DNA from: an uncultured Alphaproteobacteria bacterium
GTDB lineage: Bacteria; Pseudomonadota; Alphaproteobacteria; Rhizobiales; Beijerinckiaceae
Direction of reading: 5' to 3'
DNA length: 64,000 nt
NCBI GenBank assembly: GCA_963847915.1
Contig: CAWKBT010000001.1
Location: forward strand, 64,539-128,538
In this document: positions 1 through 11,582 of the stretch, piece after piece
How the letters are laid out: every line of letters starts with the position of its first letter
How positions within the stretch are numbered: the stretch's first letter is position 1
Translations under genes and position numbers: made by a program
Notes under the pieces: model-generated
The model's input: the letters and a program-made list of their open reading frames with translations, nothing else
Told to the model about the DNA's origin: nothing
Databases searched by the model: none

Positions 1-1458
1 CCGTGCCGCCGCGAGACGCGACAGGTCCGGCACGGGACGGCCGAGGACGGGGTCGTTCGCCAGCGCCGCTTCGAGCGCCGCCGCGACGCCCAGCACCAGC
101 GCGTCGCCCCCGCGCGGCCCGACGATCTGCAGGCCGAAGGGCAGGCCCGCCTCGTCGCGCCCCACCGGCAGGCTGAGGGCCGGGTGCCCGGCCAACGTCA
201 CCGCATAGGCTAGCGCGAGCCAGTGGTAGTAGGAGCGGGTCGGCACGCCGTCGATCGCGGTCGGCGCCATCTCGGCCCAGGGGCGGGGGCTCAGCGTCAC
301 GGCGGGGCTCACCAGCACGTCGTAGCGGCGGAACAGGTCCTGGTAGGATCGGTAGATCCGCGTCTGCGCGGCGGCGGCGCGGCTGTAGTCCGCGAGGTCG
401 TAGCCCAAGCCCTCCTCGACGTTGGCGCGGACGTTGGCGCCCAGCATGGCGGGCCGCTCCCGGTAGGTGGCGCCGTGCTGGGCCAGGAAATGGGAGGCAC
501 GCAGCACCGCGAAGGCGTCGTCGGCCCCCGAGCAATCGGGTGCCGCCTCGTCGAGCGTGCCGACGAGCGGCGCCAGCGCGGCGAGCCGGGCGCGGAAGAC
601 GCGCCGCACATGCGCCTCCGTCGGGGCGAAGCCGAAGTCCTCGGTGGCGGCCACGCGCAGCCGCGCCAGCGCCGCCGGCCGGGGCGGGAAGAAGCGCCCC
701 GGCCGGGCGCGCGGTGCTTCGCCGGGCAGCGTGTAGGCGAGCGGATCGGCCCCGTCGTCGCTCGCCAGGGCCTGCAGCATCAGGGCGGCGTCGGCGACGG
801 TGCGGCCCATGGGACCGTCGGTCGGCAGCGCCGACCAGCCGAGGCCGCGCGTCTCGCTGGCGACGAGGCCGGGCGAGGGGCGCAGGCCGACGATGCCCCC
901 ATAGGCGGCGGGGTTGCGCAAACTGCCCCCCGTATCCGACCCCGACGCGAGCGGGACCATGCCGCAGGCCAGCGCCACCGCCGAGCCGCCGGACGAGCCC
1001 GCCGCCGAGCGCGACGGGTCGAAGGCGTTGCCGGTGGCACCGTAGACGGTGTTGCGGGTGTTGGCGCCGGCCGCGAACTCGGGCGTGTTGGTCTTGCCGA
1101 TCACGATCGCGCCCGCGGCGCGCAGGCGCGCCACGCAGGCGTCGTCGGACGCCGGGACATGGTCGGCGAAGAGCGGGCTGCCATAGGTCGTGACGAGGCC
1201 GGCCGTGTCCTGCGTGTCCTTGATGCCCACCGGCAGCCCGTGCAGCGCGCCGATCGCGTCGCCGCGCATCACCGCGGCCTCCGCCGCACGGGCCGCCGCG
1301 CGGGCGCGGTCGGCGTCGAGCGCCACGACGGCGTTGACGGCCGGGTTCACGGCCGCGATCCGGGCCAGGCAGGCGTCCAGCACCTCGACGGGCGAGACGG
1401 TCTTCGCCGCGATCGCGGCCGTGAGCTCGCAGGCCGTCATGGCGCAGAGGTCGGTCAT
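1..1458 (-). CDS. amidase (amidase-signature family); 3' end runs off the left edge
   Basis: Reverse-strand ATG at 1458 gives MTDLCAMTACELTAAIAAKTVSPVEVLDACLARIAAVNPAVNAVV. Further in, the same frame reads AGSSGGSAVALACGMVPLASGSDTGGSLRNPAAYGG, the amidase signature (about 900-1010). It is absent from the ORF track because the ORF is open at position 1. ORF 223..1707 (+) is its Arg/Gly-rich antisense shadow. Confidence 0.85.
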   Translation of the reverse strand, partial: MTDLCAMTACELTAAIAAKTVSPVEVLDACLARIAAVNPAVNAVVALDADRARAAARAAEAAVMRGDAIGALHGLPVGIKDTQDTAGLVTTYGSPLFADHVPASDDACVARLRAAGAIVIGKTNTPEFAAGANTRNTVYGATGNAFDPSRSAAGSSGGSAVALACGMVPLASGSDTGGSLRNPAAYGGIVGLRPSPGLVASETRGLGWSALPTDGPMGRTVADAALMLQALASDDGADPLAYTLPGEAPRARPGRFFPPRPAALARLRVAATEDFGFAPTEAHVRRVFRARLAALAPLVGTLDEAAPDCSGADDAFAVLRASHFLAQHGATYRERPAMLGANVRANVEEGLGYDLADYSRAAAAQTRIYRSYQDLFRRYDVLVSPAVTLSPRPWAEMAPTAIDGVPTRSYYHWLALAYAVTLAGHPALSLPVGRDEAGLPFGLQIVGPRGGDALVLGVAAALEAALANDPVLGRPVPDLSRLAAAR

Positions 1459-1694
1459 GGGGCGGCTCCTTCGGTGTGGGGACGGTCTTCCCTAGAGCAG
1501 GTTCGGACCGGGGGGAAACGCCACCGGCGATTCCGGCCCGATGAATCCGCTCGGGTCGAGAGTGGAGCGACGCAGCTGAGGCGAAAGCGCTCCCGCAGGC
1601 TCCTCGGAGACATGGCATCGACCTTGCGAGATTGCATGCCATCATGGCGGGCCGCGGCCCAGCCGTGGGTGCCCGCTCACCGGAATCCGTCCTC

Positions 1695-2882
1695 ATGCCC
1701 ATCCTGAACCGTATCGCCGCTTTCGAAGCCGACATGACGGCGTGGCGCCACGATTTCCATCTCCACCCGGAACTCGCCTTCGCCGAGCACCGCACCAGCG
1801 CCGTCATCCAGGAGAAGCTCCGGGCCTTCGGGGTCGACGCGGTGATCACCGGCCTCGCCGGCACGGGCGTCGTCGGGGTGATCCGGGGCAGCGAACCGGG
1901 CCCCGACGCCATCGGGCTCCGGGCCGACATCGACGCGCTGCCGATTCACGAGGCGACGGGCCTGCCCTACGCGTCGCAGACCCCCGGCGTCATGCATGCC
2001 TGCGGGCACGACGGCCACACCGCCATGCTGCTCGGCGCCGCGCGCTACCTCGCCGAGACGCGCAATTTCGCCGGCACCGTCTATGTCGTGTTCCAGCCCG
2101 CCGAGGAGCAGGGCGGGGGCGGCGAGGTGATGGTGAAGGAGGGGCTGTTCGAGCGCTGCCCGATGGACCGGATCTTCGGGCTGCACAATTGGCCGAGCGA
2201 GCCGCCCGGCACCTTCAACTGGCGCGTCGGCCCCACCATGGCGGCCGTGGCGAACCTGTCCATCACGGTGCGGGGCGTGGGCGCCCACGGAGCGCAGCCC
2301 CACAACGGCGTCGACCCCATCGTGGTGTCGGGCGCCATCGTGTCGGCCCTCCAGTCGGTCGTGGCCCGCAACGTCCGCCCGACCGAGAGCGCCGTCGTGA
2401 CGATCGGCGAGATCAAGGGCGGCAACGCCTTCAACGTGATCCCGTCCGAAGTGACGATGCGGGGCACGGCGCGCTGGTTCTCGCCCGACATCGGCGACCT
2501 CCTCGAAGACGCGTTCGGGCGCATCGTGCGCTCCACCGCGGCGGCCTATGGCGCCGAGGCCGAGGCCGGCTTCCTGCGCACCTATCCGGTGCTGATCAAC
2601 GAGGCCGAATCCACGGCCCTGGCGCGCCGTGCCGCAGAAGCCGTGGCGGGCCGCGACAAGGTGGTGCCGATGGAGCACCCGACGATGGGCGGCGAGGACT
2701 TCTCCTTCATGCTCGACGCCAAGGCCGGCAACTACATCATGCTCGGGGCGGCGCGCGAGGGCGACAATCCCCAGGTCCATCACCCCGCCTATGACTTCAA
2801 CGATGCCGTGCTGACCACGGGCGCGAGTTACTGGGCGACGCTGGCCGAGCAGCTCCTGCCGCGGCGCGGCACGACGGCCTGA
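1695..2882 (+). CDS. M20D-family amidohydrolase (hippurate hydrolase / N-acyl-amino-acid amidohydrolase-like)
   Basis: MPILNRIAAFEADMTAWRHDFHLHPELAFAEHRTS..., HACGHDGHTAML and FQPAEEQGGGG are typical of M20D. I prefer the ATG at 1695 to the track start at 1632. Confidence 0.85.
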   Translation: MPILNRIAAFEADMTAWRHDFHLHPELAFAEHRTSAVIQEKLRAFGVDAVITGLAGTGVVGVIRGSEPGPDAIGLRADIDALPIHEATGLPYASQTPGVMHACGHDGHTAMLLGAARYLAETRNFAGTVYVVFQPAEEQGGGGEVMVKEGLFERCPMDRIFGLHNWPSEPPGTFNWRVGPTMAAVANLSITVRGVGAHGAQPHNGVDPIVVSGAIVSALQSVVARNVRPTESAVVTIGEIKGGNAFNVIPSEVTMRGTARWFSPDIGDLLEDAFGRIVRSTAAAYGAEAEAGFLRTYPVLINEAESTALARRAAEAVAGRDKVVPMEHPTMGGEDFSFMLDAKAGNYIMLGAAREGDNPQVHHPAYDFNDAVLTTGASYWATLAEQLLPRRGTTA

Positions 2883-2892
2883 GGCGGCCGCG

Positions 2893-4314
2893 TCAGCCGT
2901 GCGGCGTGCCGCGCCGCGCCCGCACGGCAACGCCGTCCCGGCCGAGGTCCCAGAACAGGCCCGCCATCACGGCGAGGCCTTCGCGGGCGATGGAGCCGAG
3001 CAGGTGTTCGTTCGGGGCGTGCTGGTTGCAGGCGCCGTGGGAGTGGGGCACCCACAGCGTCGGCAGGCCGAGCGTGTCGGCGAAGACGTCGTTGGGCAGG
3101 GAGCCGCCGAGGTTCGGCAGCAGTGCCGGCGCCCGGCCGGTGGTCTCCGTCATCGAGCCGAGCGCCCAGGCCACCCAGGGGTCGTCGGGGTCGAGCCGCG
3201 TCGCCCCCAGCACCTCGCCGCGGGCGGGCCGCACCGTCACCATGGCGAGGCCCAGCCCGTCGAGGTGGCGCCGCAACGCCGGGACCACGCCGCGCCAGTC
3301 CGTGCCGACCACGAAGCGCAGTTGCAGCGTCGCCGTCGCCCGGGCGGGAATGGCGTTCTGCGGCGCGTCCGGCGTGCCGGCCAGACAGGCCAGGACCTCG
3401 AGGCTGTTCCAGCCGAACACCCGCTCGGGCGCGGTGAGGCCGGGCTCGCCCCAGCCGGCATCGATGGCGGGGTCGTCCGGTCCGCCGCCGACGGCGAGGT
3501 CCTGCAGGGCGGCGCGCACGCTCGCCGGGATCGGCGGCGGCCGCAGGTCCGCGACGAGGATCCGGCCCCGCGCGTCGACCATCGAGGCGATGGCGGCCGC
3601 CAGCACCGTGCCGGGGTTGCGCAGCAGCCCGCCCCAGTTGCCCGAATGGTGGGCGCGGTCGCGCAGGTCGACCGAAAGGTCGATGTTGAAGGCGCCGCGC
3701 GAGCCGAGGAACAGCGTCGGCCGGTCGGCGGCGAGCCTCGGGCCGTCGGACGCGATGAGGACGTCGGCGGCGAGGTCCGCCGCCTGCGCCGCGCAGAAGG
3801 CGTCGAGGCCCGGCGAGCCCGCTTCCTCGCCCATCTCGATCAGGACCTTGGCGTTGAACCCGAGCCGGCCGCCGCGCGCCCGCGCCACGCAGGCGAGGGC
3901 GAGGAGGCCGATCGTGTGCTGGCCCTTGTTGTCGGCCGTGCCGCGCCCGTAGATCCGGTCGCCCTCGACCGTCACGGCCAGGGGGACGAGGCCGGCGCGC
4001 CAGGCTGCGTCCTGGCCCGGCACGGTGTCGCCATGGCCGTAGATCAGCACGGTGGGCAGATCCGCGCCTTCGTGGCGCTCCGCCACCAGGAAGGGCCCGA
4101 AGCCGTCGCGCGTGTTGGGGTGGATGGCGGAGGTGAAGCCGAGGTCGGCGAGGCTCGGTGCGAGCTCGTCGGCGAGGTAGGCGCGCAGGGCGCCGAGGTC
4201 CGCCTCGCCCTGGCTGACGGTCGGCATGGCGACGCGGCGGCGCAGGAGGGCGAGGAAGGTGCCGTCGTCATAGGCGGCGAGTGCCGCCGCGACGGCTTCG
4301 CCGCGGTCCGCCAC
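2893..4314 (-). CDS. M20-family peptidase/dipeptidase (ArgE/DapE/ACY1/CPG2 type)
   Basis: 473-aa ORF with LIYGHGDTVPG, GRGTADNKGQ and IEMGEEAGSPG metal-ligand motifs. Confidence 0.85.
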   Translation of the reverse strand: MADRGEAVAAALAAYDDGTFLALLRRRVAMPTVSQGEADLGALRAYLADELAPSLADLGFTSAIHPNTRDGFGPFLVAERHEGADLPTVLIYGHGDTVPGQDAAWRAGLVPLAVTVEGDRIYGRGTADNKGQHTIGLLALACVARARGGRLGFNAKVLIEMGEEAGSPGLDAFCAAQAADLAADVLIASDGPRLAADRPTLFLGSRGAFNIDLSVDLRDRAHHSGNWGGLLRNPGTVLAAAIASMVDARGRILVADLRPPPIPASVRAALQDLAVGGGPDDPAIDAGWGEPGLTAPERVFGWNSLEVLACLAGTPDAPQNAIPARATATLQLRFVVGTDWRGVVPALRRHLDGLGLAMVTVRPARGEVLGATRLDPDDPWVAWALGSMTETTGRAPALLPNLGGSLPNDVFADTLGLPTLWVPHSHGACNQHAPNEHLLGSIAREGLAVMAGLFWDLGRDGVAVRARRGTPHG

Positions 4315-4317
4315 GGC

Positions 4318-5736
4318 TCAGGCCACCGACATGCCGAGGGGCGGCTCGACCTCGGGCGGCAGCGGCGAGCGGTAGCCCTCCCGGCCGACGCGGGCCGCGA
4401 GGTCGGCCTTGGCGGCGGCCAGGAGGGCGGGGTCGGTCAGGAGCGCCGCGCCGGTGCCCGCCATGGCCTTGGCCACCTGGACCATGGCCTTGTGGGCGGC
4501 CGGCGCCTTGCCCTGGGCCACGACCTGCCAGGTGTGGAACGGCGTGCCGATCGCGACCGTCGGGGCATGGGCCTGGACGGTCGGCACCACCCAGCTCACG
4601 TCGCCGACGTCCGTCGAGCCGATCGCGGGGGAGCGCGGGGCGTCGAACGGCACGAGGAAGTCGGCGAGCGGCGCCTCGGTCGGGGCGAGGCCGATCGCCG
4701 CATAGGCCGCCGCGATCTCGCCCTCGCCGAAGGTCGCGCGGATCCGGCGCGCGAAGGCCCGGTCGTCGTCGTCGAAATGCGGCGGGCCGAGGTCCTCCAT
4801 GACGCCGTGCAGCGTCCGCTCGAGGGGCGTGTTGCCGACGAGGTTCGACACCGCGCTGACGATGCGGACCTCGAGCGCCGTCTCGGTCATCAGGGCGGCG
4901 CCTTCGGCGACCTTCTTCACGCGCGCGACGAGGTCGAGCATGCCGGGCAGGTCGCGCGCCCGGATGGAATAGCGCACGCGGGCATGGGCCTGCACGACGT
5001 TGGGGGCGATGCCGCCCGCATCGAGATAGGCGTAGTGGACGCGCGCGTCGCTCGGCATGTGCTCGCGCATGTAGTTGACGCCGACGTTCATGAGCTCGAC
5101 GGCATCGAGCGCCGAGCGGCCGAGGTGGGGCGCCGCGGCGGCATGGGCGGCGCGGCCCGTGAAGACGAAGTCGGCGCGCGTGTTGGCGAGCGCCACCGGC
5201 GGCGTCACCTCCCAGAAGCTCGACGGGTGCCAGGTGATGGCGGCATCGGCGTCCGCGAAGGCGCCCGCCCGCACCATGAAGGCCTTGGCGGCACCGCCCT
5301 CCTCGGCGGGGCAGCCGTAGTAGCGCACCCGGCCCGGCAGGCCGTTGGCGGCGAGCCAGTCCTTGGTGGCGGTGGCGGCCAGCAGCGCCGCCGAGCCGAG
5401 GAGGTTGTGGCCGCAGCCGTGGCCGTGGCCGCCCGCCTGCACGGGCCGGGCCTCGGCGATGCCGGCCTCCTGGCTCAGCCCCGGCAGGGCATCGTATTCG
5501 CCCAGGAAGGCGATCACCGGCCCGCCCTCGCCGGCCTCGCCCATGACCGCCGTGGGGATGCCGGCCAGACCCTCCGTGACGCGGAAGCCCTGGTGGCGCA
5601 GTTCGGCGGTGTGTTCGGCGCAGGACCGCGCCTCCGTGTAGCAGACCTCCGGCATGCCCCACACCCGGTCCGACAGGGCCACGAGCCGCGCGCCGTGGAG
5701 GTCGACGTGGCGCCAAAGGTCGTTGCGGTTGTCCAT
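4318..5736 (-). CDS. M20-family amidohydrolase, AbgB (aminobenzoyl-glutamate hydrolase subunit B)-like
   Basis: 472-aa ORF with IAFLGEYDALPGLSQ, GHGCGHNLLG and YYGCPAEEGG. It sits 3 nt downstream of the preceding M20 gene on the same strand. Confidence 0.8.
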   Translation of the reverse strand: MDNRNDLWRHVDLHGARLVALSDRVWGMPEVCYTEARSCAEHTAELRHQGFRVTEGLAGIPTAVMGEAGEGGPVIAFLGEYDALPGLSQEAGIAEARPVQAGGHGHGCGHNLLGSAALLAATATKDWLAANGLPGRVRYYGCPAEEGGAAKAFMVRAGAFADADAAITWHPSSFWEVTPPVALANTRADFVFTGRAAHAAAAPHLGRSALDAVELMNVGVNYMREHMPSDARVHYAYLDAGGIAPNVVQAHARVRYSIRARDLPGMLDLVARVKKVAEGAALMTETALEVRIVSAVSNLVGNTPLERTLHGVMEDLGPPHFDDDDRAFARRIRATFGEGEIAAAYAAIGLAPTEAPLADFLVPFDAPRSPAIGSTDVGDVSWVVPTVQAHAPTVAIGTPFHTWQVVAQGKAPAAHKAMVQVAKAMAGTGAALLTDPALLAAAKADLAARVGREGYRSPLPPEVEPPLGMSVA

Positions 5737-5951
5737 CGTCCGTCGAAGCTCCTCATCGGGTGCCGCATAGGAGCCGCAGCCCCGTGCCGTGTCCAGAGCG
5801 CTTCGCCCGCGGCGGATCCGCTCCGACCCGGCACCGCGCGGGGCTTCGGCGGCCTCGAAGCCCGGCCCGTCCGGCGCCGGTTGGCGCGGGATTTGCTGCC
5901 GTGGCGGCCGGGACTATGCTCGTCGGCGGTGCGAGCGGCTGGAGTTACCCC

Positions 5952-7742
5952 ATGGATGAGCAGGATCTGCGCGCCCTCGTTGCGGACGTGAAGGACGGGC
6001 GCCTGTCCCGCCGCGGCTTCGTCCAGCGGATGGTGGCTGTGGGGTTGTCGGCGCCATTGGCCGGCGTGATGCTGGCGGAGGGCGGCATCGCGCGCGCCGC
6101 CGACTTCCGCGACGCCTACAAGCCCACCAAGGCGGGCGGCGGCGGCCCATTGAAGCTGCTGTTCTGGCAGGGGCCGACGGTCCTCAACGGCCATTTCTCG
6201 ACCGGCACCAAGGACGTCGAGGGCGCCCGCATCTTCTACGAGCCGCTCGCGGCCTGGGACAACGACGGCAACCTCGTTCCGGTGCTCGCCACCGAGATCC
6301 CCTCGGCGCAGAACGGCCTGCTCGGCGCGGACGGCAAGTCCGTGACCTGGAGGATCAAGCCCGGCGTGAAGTGGCACGACGGCACGCCGCTGACGGCCGA
6401 CGACCTCGTCTTCACCTGGGAGTTCGTGAGGGATCCGGCCGCCGCCTGCGTCACCATCGCGACCTACCGCGACATCACGGTCGCGAAGCTCGATGACCTC
6501 ACGGTGAGGGTCGACTTCGCCGGCCCGACGCCGTTCTGGGCCGACGCCTTCGTGGGCCGCAACGGCATGATCCTGCCCCGGCACGTCTACGGCAGCTACA
6601 CGGGGGCGAAGTCGCGCGAGGCGCCCGCCAACCTCATGCCGGTCGGCACGGGCCCCTTCAAATGCGTGGAGTTCCGCCCCGGCGACATGGTGCGGGGCGA
6701 GCGCTTCGCCGACTACCACCTGCCGAACCGCCCGTTCTTCGACGTGCTGGAACTGAAGGGGGGCGGCGACGCCGTGTCGGCGGCCCGCGCGGTCCTGCAG
6801 ACCGGCGACTACGACTTCGGCTGGAACCTGCAGGTCGAGGACGAGGTGCTGAAACGCCTCGAGGACGGCGGCAAGGGCCGTATCAACACCGTCTTCGGCA
6901 ACTACAACGAGTTCCTGTTCCTCAACGCCACCGACCCCAACAAGGAGATCGACGGCGAGAAGTCCTCGCTCGCCACCAAGCACCCCGCCTTCTCGGACCC
7001 GGCGGTGCGCCAGGCCATGAACCTCCTGATCGACCGCAAGTCGATCGCCGGCTACATCTACGGCCGGACCGGCAAGCCCACCGCGAACGTGGTCAACGGG
7101 CCGCCGCGCTACGCGTCCAGCAACACCCGTTTCGCGTTCGACATCGCCGCGGCCAACAAGCTGCTCGACGACGCCGGCTGGGCGAAGGGCGCCGACGGCA
7201 TCCGCGCCAAGGACGGCTATCGGATGCACTTCCTGTACCAGACCTCCATCAACGGCCCGCGCCAGAAGACCCAGGCCATCATCAAGCAGGCCGCCGCCAA
7301 GGCCGGTATCGAAATCGAGCTGAAGGGCGTTCCGGCCGCGGTGTTCTTCTCCGGCGATGTCGGCAACACCGATACGGACGCTCACTTCTACGCCGACATG
7401 GAAGAATACGCCTTCCAGTCGACGACGCCCGATCCCGCCGACTGGATGCAGCAATACGCCTCCTGGCAGATCGCCCAGAAGGCCAACAAGTGGTCCGGGC
7501 AGAACTATTCCCGCTGGCACAGCCAGGAGTTCGACGATCTCTTCAACAACGCCAAGGTGGAGCTCGACCCGGTGAAGCGCGCCGCCATGTTCATCCGCAT
7601 GAACGACATCGTGGTGGCCGACAACGTCCTGCCCATCATCCAGCGCGGCTCCGTCGCTGGGACCGTCAACGGATTGCACGCCGTCCGCAGCGGCTGGGAC
7701 AACGACATGTGGGCCATCTCCGATTGGTGGAAGGACGCGTGA
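5952..7742 (+). CDS. ABC transporter substrate-binding protein, family 5 (peptide/opine type), Tat-type signal
   Basis: ATG at 5952 gives MDEQDLRALVADVKDGRLSRRGFVQRMVAVGLSAPLAG (twin-arginine SRRGF). The body looks like a DppA/OppA-type binding protein. The track start at 5760 adds an Arg/Pro-rich leader that looks non-coding. Confidence 0.85.
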   Translation: MDEQDLRALVADVKDGRLSRRGFVQRMVAVGLSAPLAGVMLAEGGIARAADFRDAYKPTKAGGGGPLKLLFWQGPTVLNGHFSTGTKDVEGARIFYEPLAAWDNDGNLVPVLATEIPSAQNGLLGADGKSVTWRIKPGVKWHDGTPLTADDLVFTWEFVRDPAAACVTIATYRDITVAKLDDLTVRVDFAGPTPFWADAFVGRNGMILPRHVYGSYTGAKSREAPANLMPVGTGPFKCVEFRPGDMVRGERFADYHLPNRPFFDVLELKGGGDAVSAARAVLQTGDYDFGWNLQVEDEVLKRLEDGGKGRINTVFGNYNEFLFLNATDPNKEIDGEKSSLATKHPAFSDPAVRQAMNLLIDRKSIAGYIYGRTGKPTANVVNGPPRYASSNTRFAFDIAAANKLLDDAGWAKGADGIRAKDGYRMHFLYQTSINGPRQKTQAIIKQAAAKAGIEIELKGVPAAVFFSGDVGNTDTDAHFYADMEEYAFQSTTPDPADWMQQYASWQIAQKANKWSGQNYSRWHSQEFDDLFNNAKVELDPVKRAAMFIRMNDIVVADNVLPIIQRGSVAGTVNGLHAVRSGWDNDMWAISDWWKDA

Positions 7743-7773
7743 GCCGTCCGCCGGCCGGCCGGGACGCCTAGCC

Positions 7774-8733
7774 GTGGGGGCCTATCTCGCCCGCCGTCTC
7801 CTCGTCGCGGTCCCGAGCCTGCTCGGGATCAGCCTCATCCTGTTCACCGTGCTGGCGCTGGCTCCGGGCGACCCGTTCAGCGACCTCGCCACCAACCCGA
7901 GCATCCCGCCCGAGGTCCGCCTGTCGCTGCGGGCCAAGTTCGGTCTCGATGACCCGGTGATGTTCCGCTACCTCCACTGGCTCGCCGCCATGGCGCGGGG
8001 CGACTGGGGCTTCTCGTTCCAGAGCCGGACCGACGTGGCCCGCCTCATCCTCGACCGCGTGCCCACGACGCTCTTCGTCGTCGGCTCGTCGCAGGTCCTG
8101 GCCCTGCTGGTCGCCGTGCCGGTCGGCATCGCGGCCGCGGTGCGGCCCTATTCGCTGTTCGACAAGGTCGCCAACACGCTGGCCTTCGCGGGTTTCTCGC
8201 TGCCGACCTTCTTCACCGGCATCCTGTTCATCCTGATCTTCTCGATCGACCTGCACTGGCTGCCCTTCGTCTACGACGCCGACATCCAGGCGAGCGGCCT
8301 CCAGTGGTACTGGGAGCACGTGCGCCAGGCGATCATGCCGGTCTGTGTCCTGGGCTTCTTCCAGGCCGCCTCCTACACGCGCTACGTCCGGTCCGCCGTG
8401 CTCGACGTCGCCCGGCTCGACTACGTGACGACGGCGCGCGCCAAGGGCCTGTCGGACCGCGTCGTGACGCTGCGCCACATCGCCCGCAACGGCCTGATCC
8501 CGGTCGTGACGCTGGTGGCGCTGCAGATGCCGGCCGTGTTCGGCGGCGCCATCGTGACCGAGCAGATCTTCCGCGTGCCGGGCATCGGGGCGCTGCTCAT
8601 CAACGCGATGCTCAGCAACGACACGCCCGTCATCATGGCGGTCACCTTCGTCTTCGCCTGCCTGGTCGTCCTGTTCAACCTCATCGCGGACCTGCTCTAT
8701 GGCTGGCTCGACCCCCGCATCTCCTTCGGCTGA
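7774..8733 (+). CDS. ABC transporter permease (DppB/OppB-like)
   Basis: GTG start. MGAYLARRLLVAVPSLLGISLILFTVLALAPGDPF is the canonical N-terminus of this permease family. Six predicted hydrophobic spans. Confidence 0.9.
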   Translation: MGAYLARRLLVAVPSLLGISLILFTVLALAPGDPFSDLATNPSIPPEVRLSLRAKFGLDDPVMFRYLHWLAAMARGDWGFSFQSRTDVARLILDRVPTTLFVVGSSQVLALLVAVPVGIAAAVRPYSLFDKVANTLAFAGFSLPTFFTGILFILIFSIDLHWLPFVYDADIQASGLQWYWEHVRQAIMPVCVLGFFQAASYTRYVRSAVLDVARLDYVTTARAKGLSDRVVTLRHIARNGLIPVVTLVALQMPAVFGGAIVTEQIFRVPGIGALLINAMLSNDTPVIMAVTFVFACLVVLFNLIADLLYGWLDPRISFG

Positions 8734-9712
8734 CGTCGCTTCGCCCCGGGACGCCGCCGCGGGCCTCGATCCCCGGCCCGCCGCGCTCGGTGCCGCCGCG
8801 CCGGCGCTGGCCGGGGCGGAGCCGCCACCCGCCCGCCGCCGTTCGGGGCCGGGCGAGGTCTGGTACCGGTTCGGCCGGCACCGCCTGGCCCTGGTCAGCG
8901 TCGGCATGCTGTCGCTGCTCGTCCTCGCGGTGCTGTTCGGGCCGCTGCTGTGGCCGACCGCCATCGACGACATCGACTTCTCGGCCATGCTGCAGGGACC
9001 CACCGCCGCCCATCCCTTCGGAACCGACGACCTCGGGCAGGACCTCCTCGCCCGCATGATCTCCGGCGGCCGCATCTCGCTCGCCGTGGGCCTCGCCGCC
9101 ATGCTGGTGGCCACCGTCATCGGCGTCACGGTCGGCAGCCTCGCCGGCGTCTCGCGCGGTGTCCTCGGGCCGGTGCTGATGTGGGTGACGGACCTGTTCC
9201 TGGCGCTGCCGCAGCTGCCGCTGCTGCTCCTGCTGATCTACCTCTTCCGCGACACGCTGAAGCGCATCTTCGGCGTCGAGGGCGGCGTCTTCGTGATGAT
9301 CGTCCTCGTCATCGGCGGGCTCGGCTGGATGCCGGTGGCGCGGCTGGTGCGGGCGCAGTTCCTGTCCCTGCGCGAGAAGGAATTCGTCGAGGCGGCGCGC
9401 TCGCAGGGCGCCACGACGCTCCACCTGGTGCTGCGCCACATCCTGCCCAACGCGCTCGGGCCCGTCATCGTGGCCGGCACCATCGAGGTGTCGTCCGCCA
9501 TCATCGCCGAATCGACCCTGTCGTTCCTCGGCCTCGGCTTCCCGCCCGACATCCCGACCTGGGGCCGCATCCTGTTCGACGCCAAGGACCACCTCGACGT
9601 CGCCCCCCACTGGGCGCTCTTCCCGGGGGCGGCGATCTTCCTCACGGTCCTGTCGATCAACTTCATCGGCGACGGGCTGCGCGACGCGCTCGACGCGCGC
9701 CGCGTCCTGTGA
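8699..9712 (+). CDS. ABC transporter permease (DppC/OppC-like)
   Basis: [24 protein letters not shown] motif and a C-terminal [11 protein letters not shown]. The only in-frame start is the ATG at 8699, which overlaps the upstream permease by 35 nt. The N-terminal 60 aa are low-complexity. Confidence 0.8.
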   Translation: MAGSTPASPSADVASPRDAAAGLDPRPAALGAAAPALAGAEPPPARRRSGPGEVWYRFGRHRLALVSVGMLSLLVLAVLFGPLLWPTAIDDIDFSAMLQGPTAAHPFGTDDLGQDLLARMISGGRISLAVGLAAMLVATVIGVTVGSLAGVSRGVLGPVLMWVTDLFLALPQLPLLLLLIYLFRDTLKRIFGVEGGVFVMIVLVIGGLGWMPVARLVRAQFLSLREKEFVEAARSQGATTLHLVLRHILPNALGPVIVAGTIEVSSAIIAESTLSFLGLGFPPDIPTWGRILFDAKDHLDVAPHWALFPGAAIFLTVLSINFIGDGLRDALDARRVL

Positions 9713-9723
9713 GGCGAACCCGC

Positions 9724-11568
<1,845 letters not shown>

Positions 11569-11582
11569 CGCCACCCCCGCGC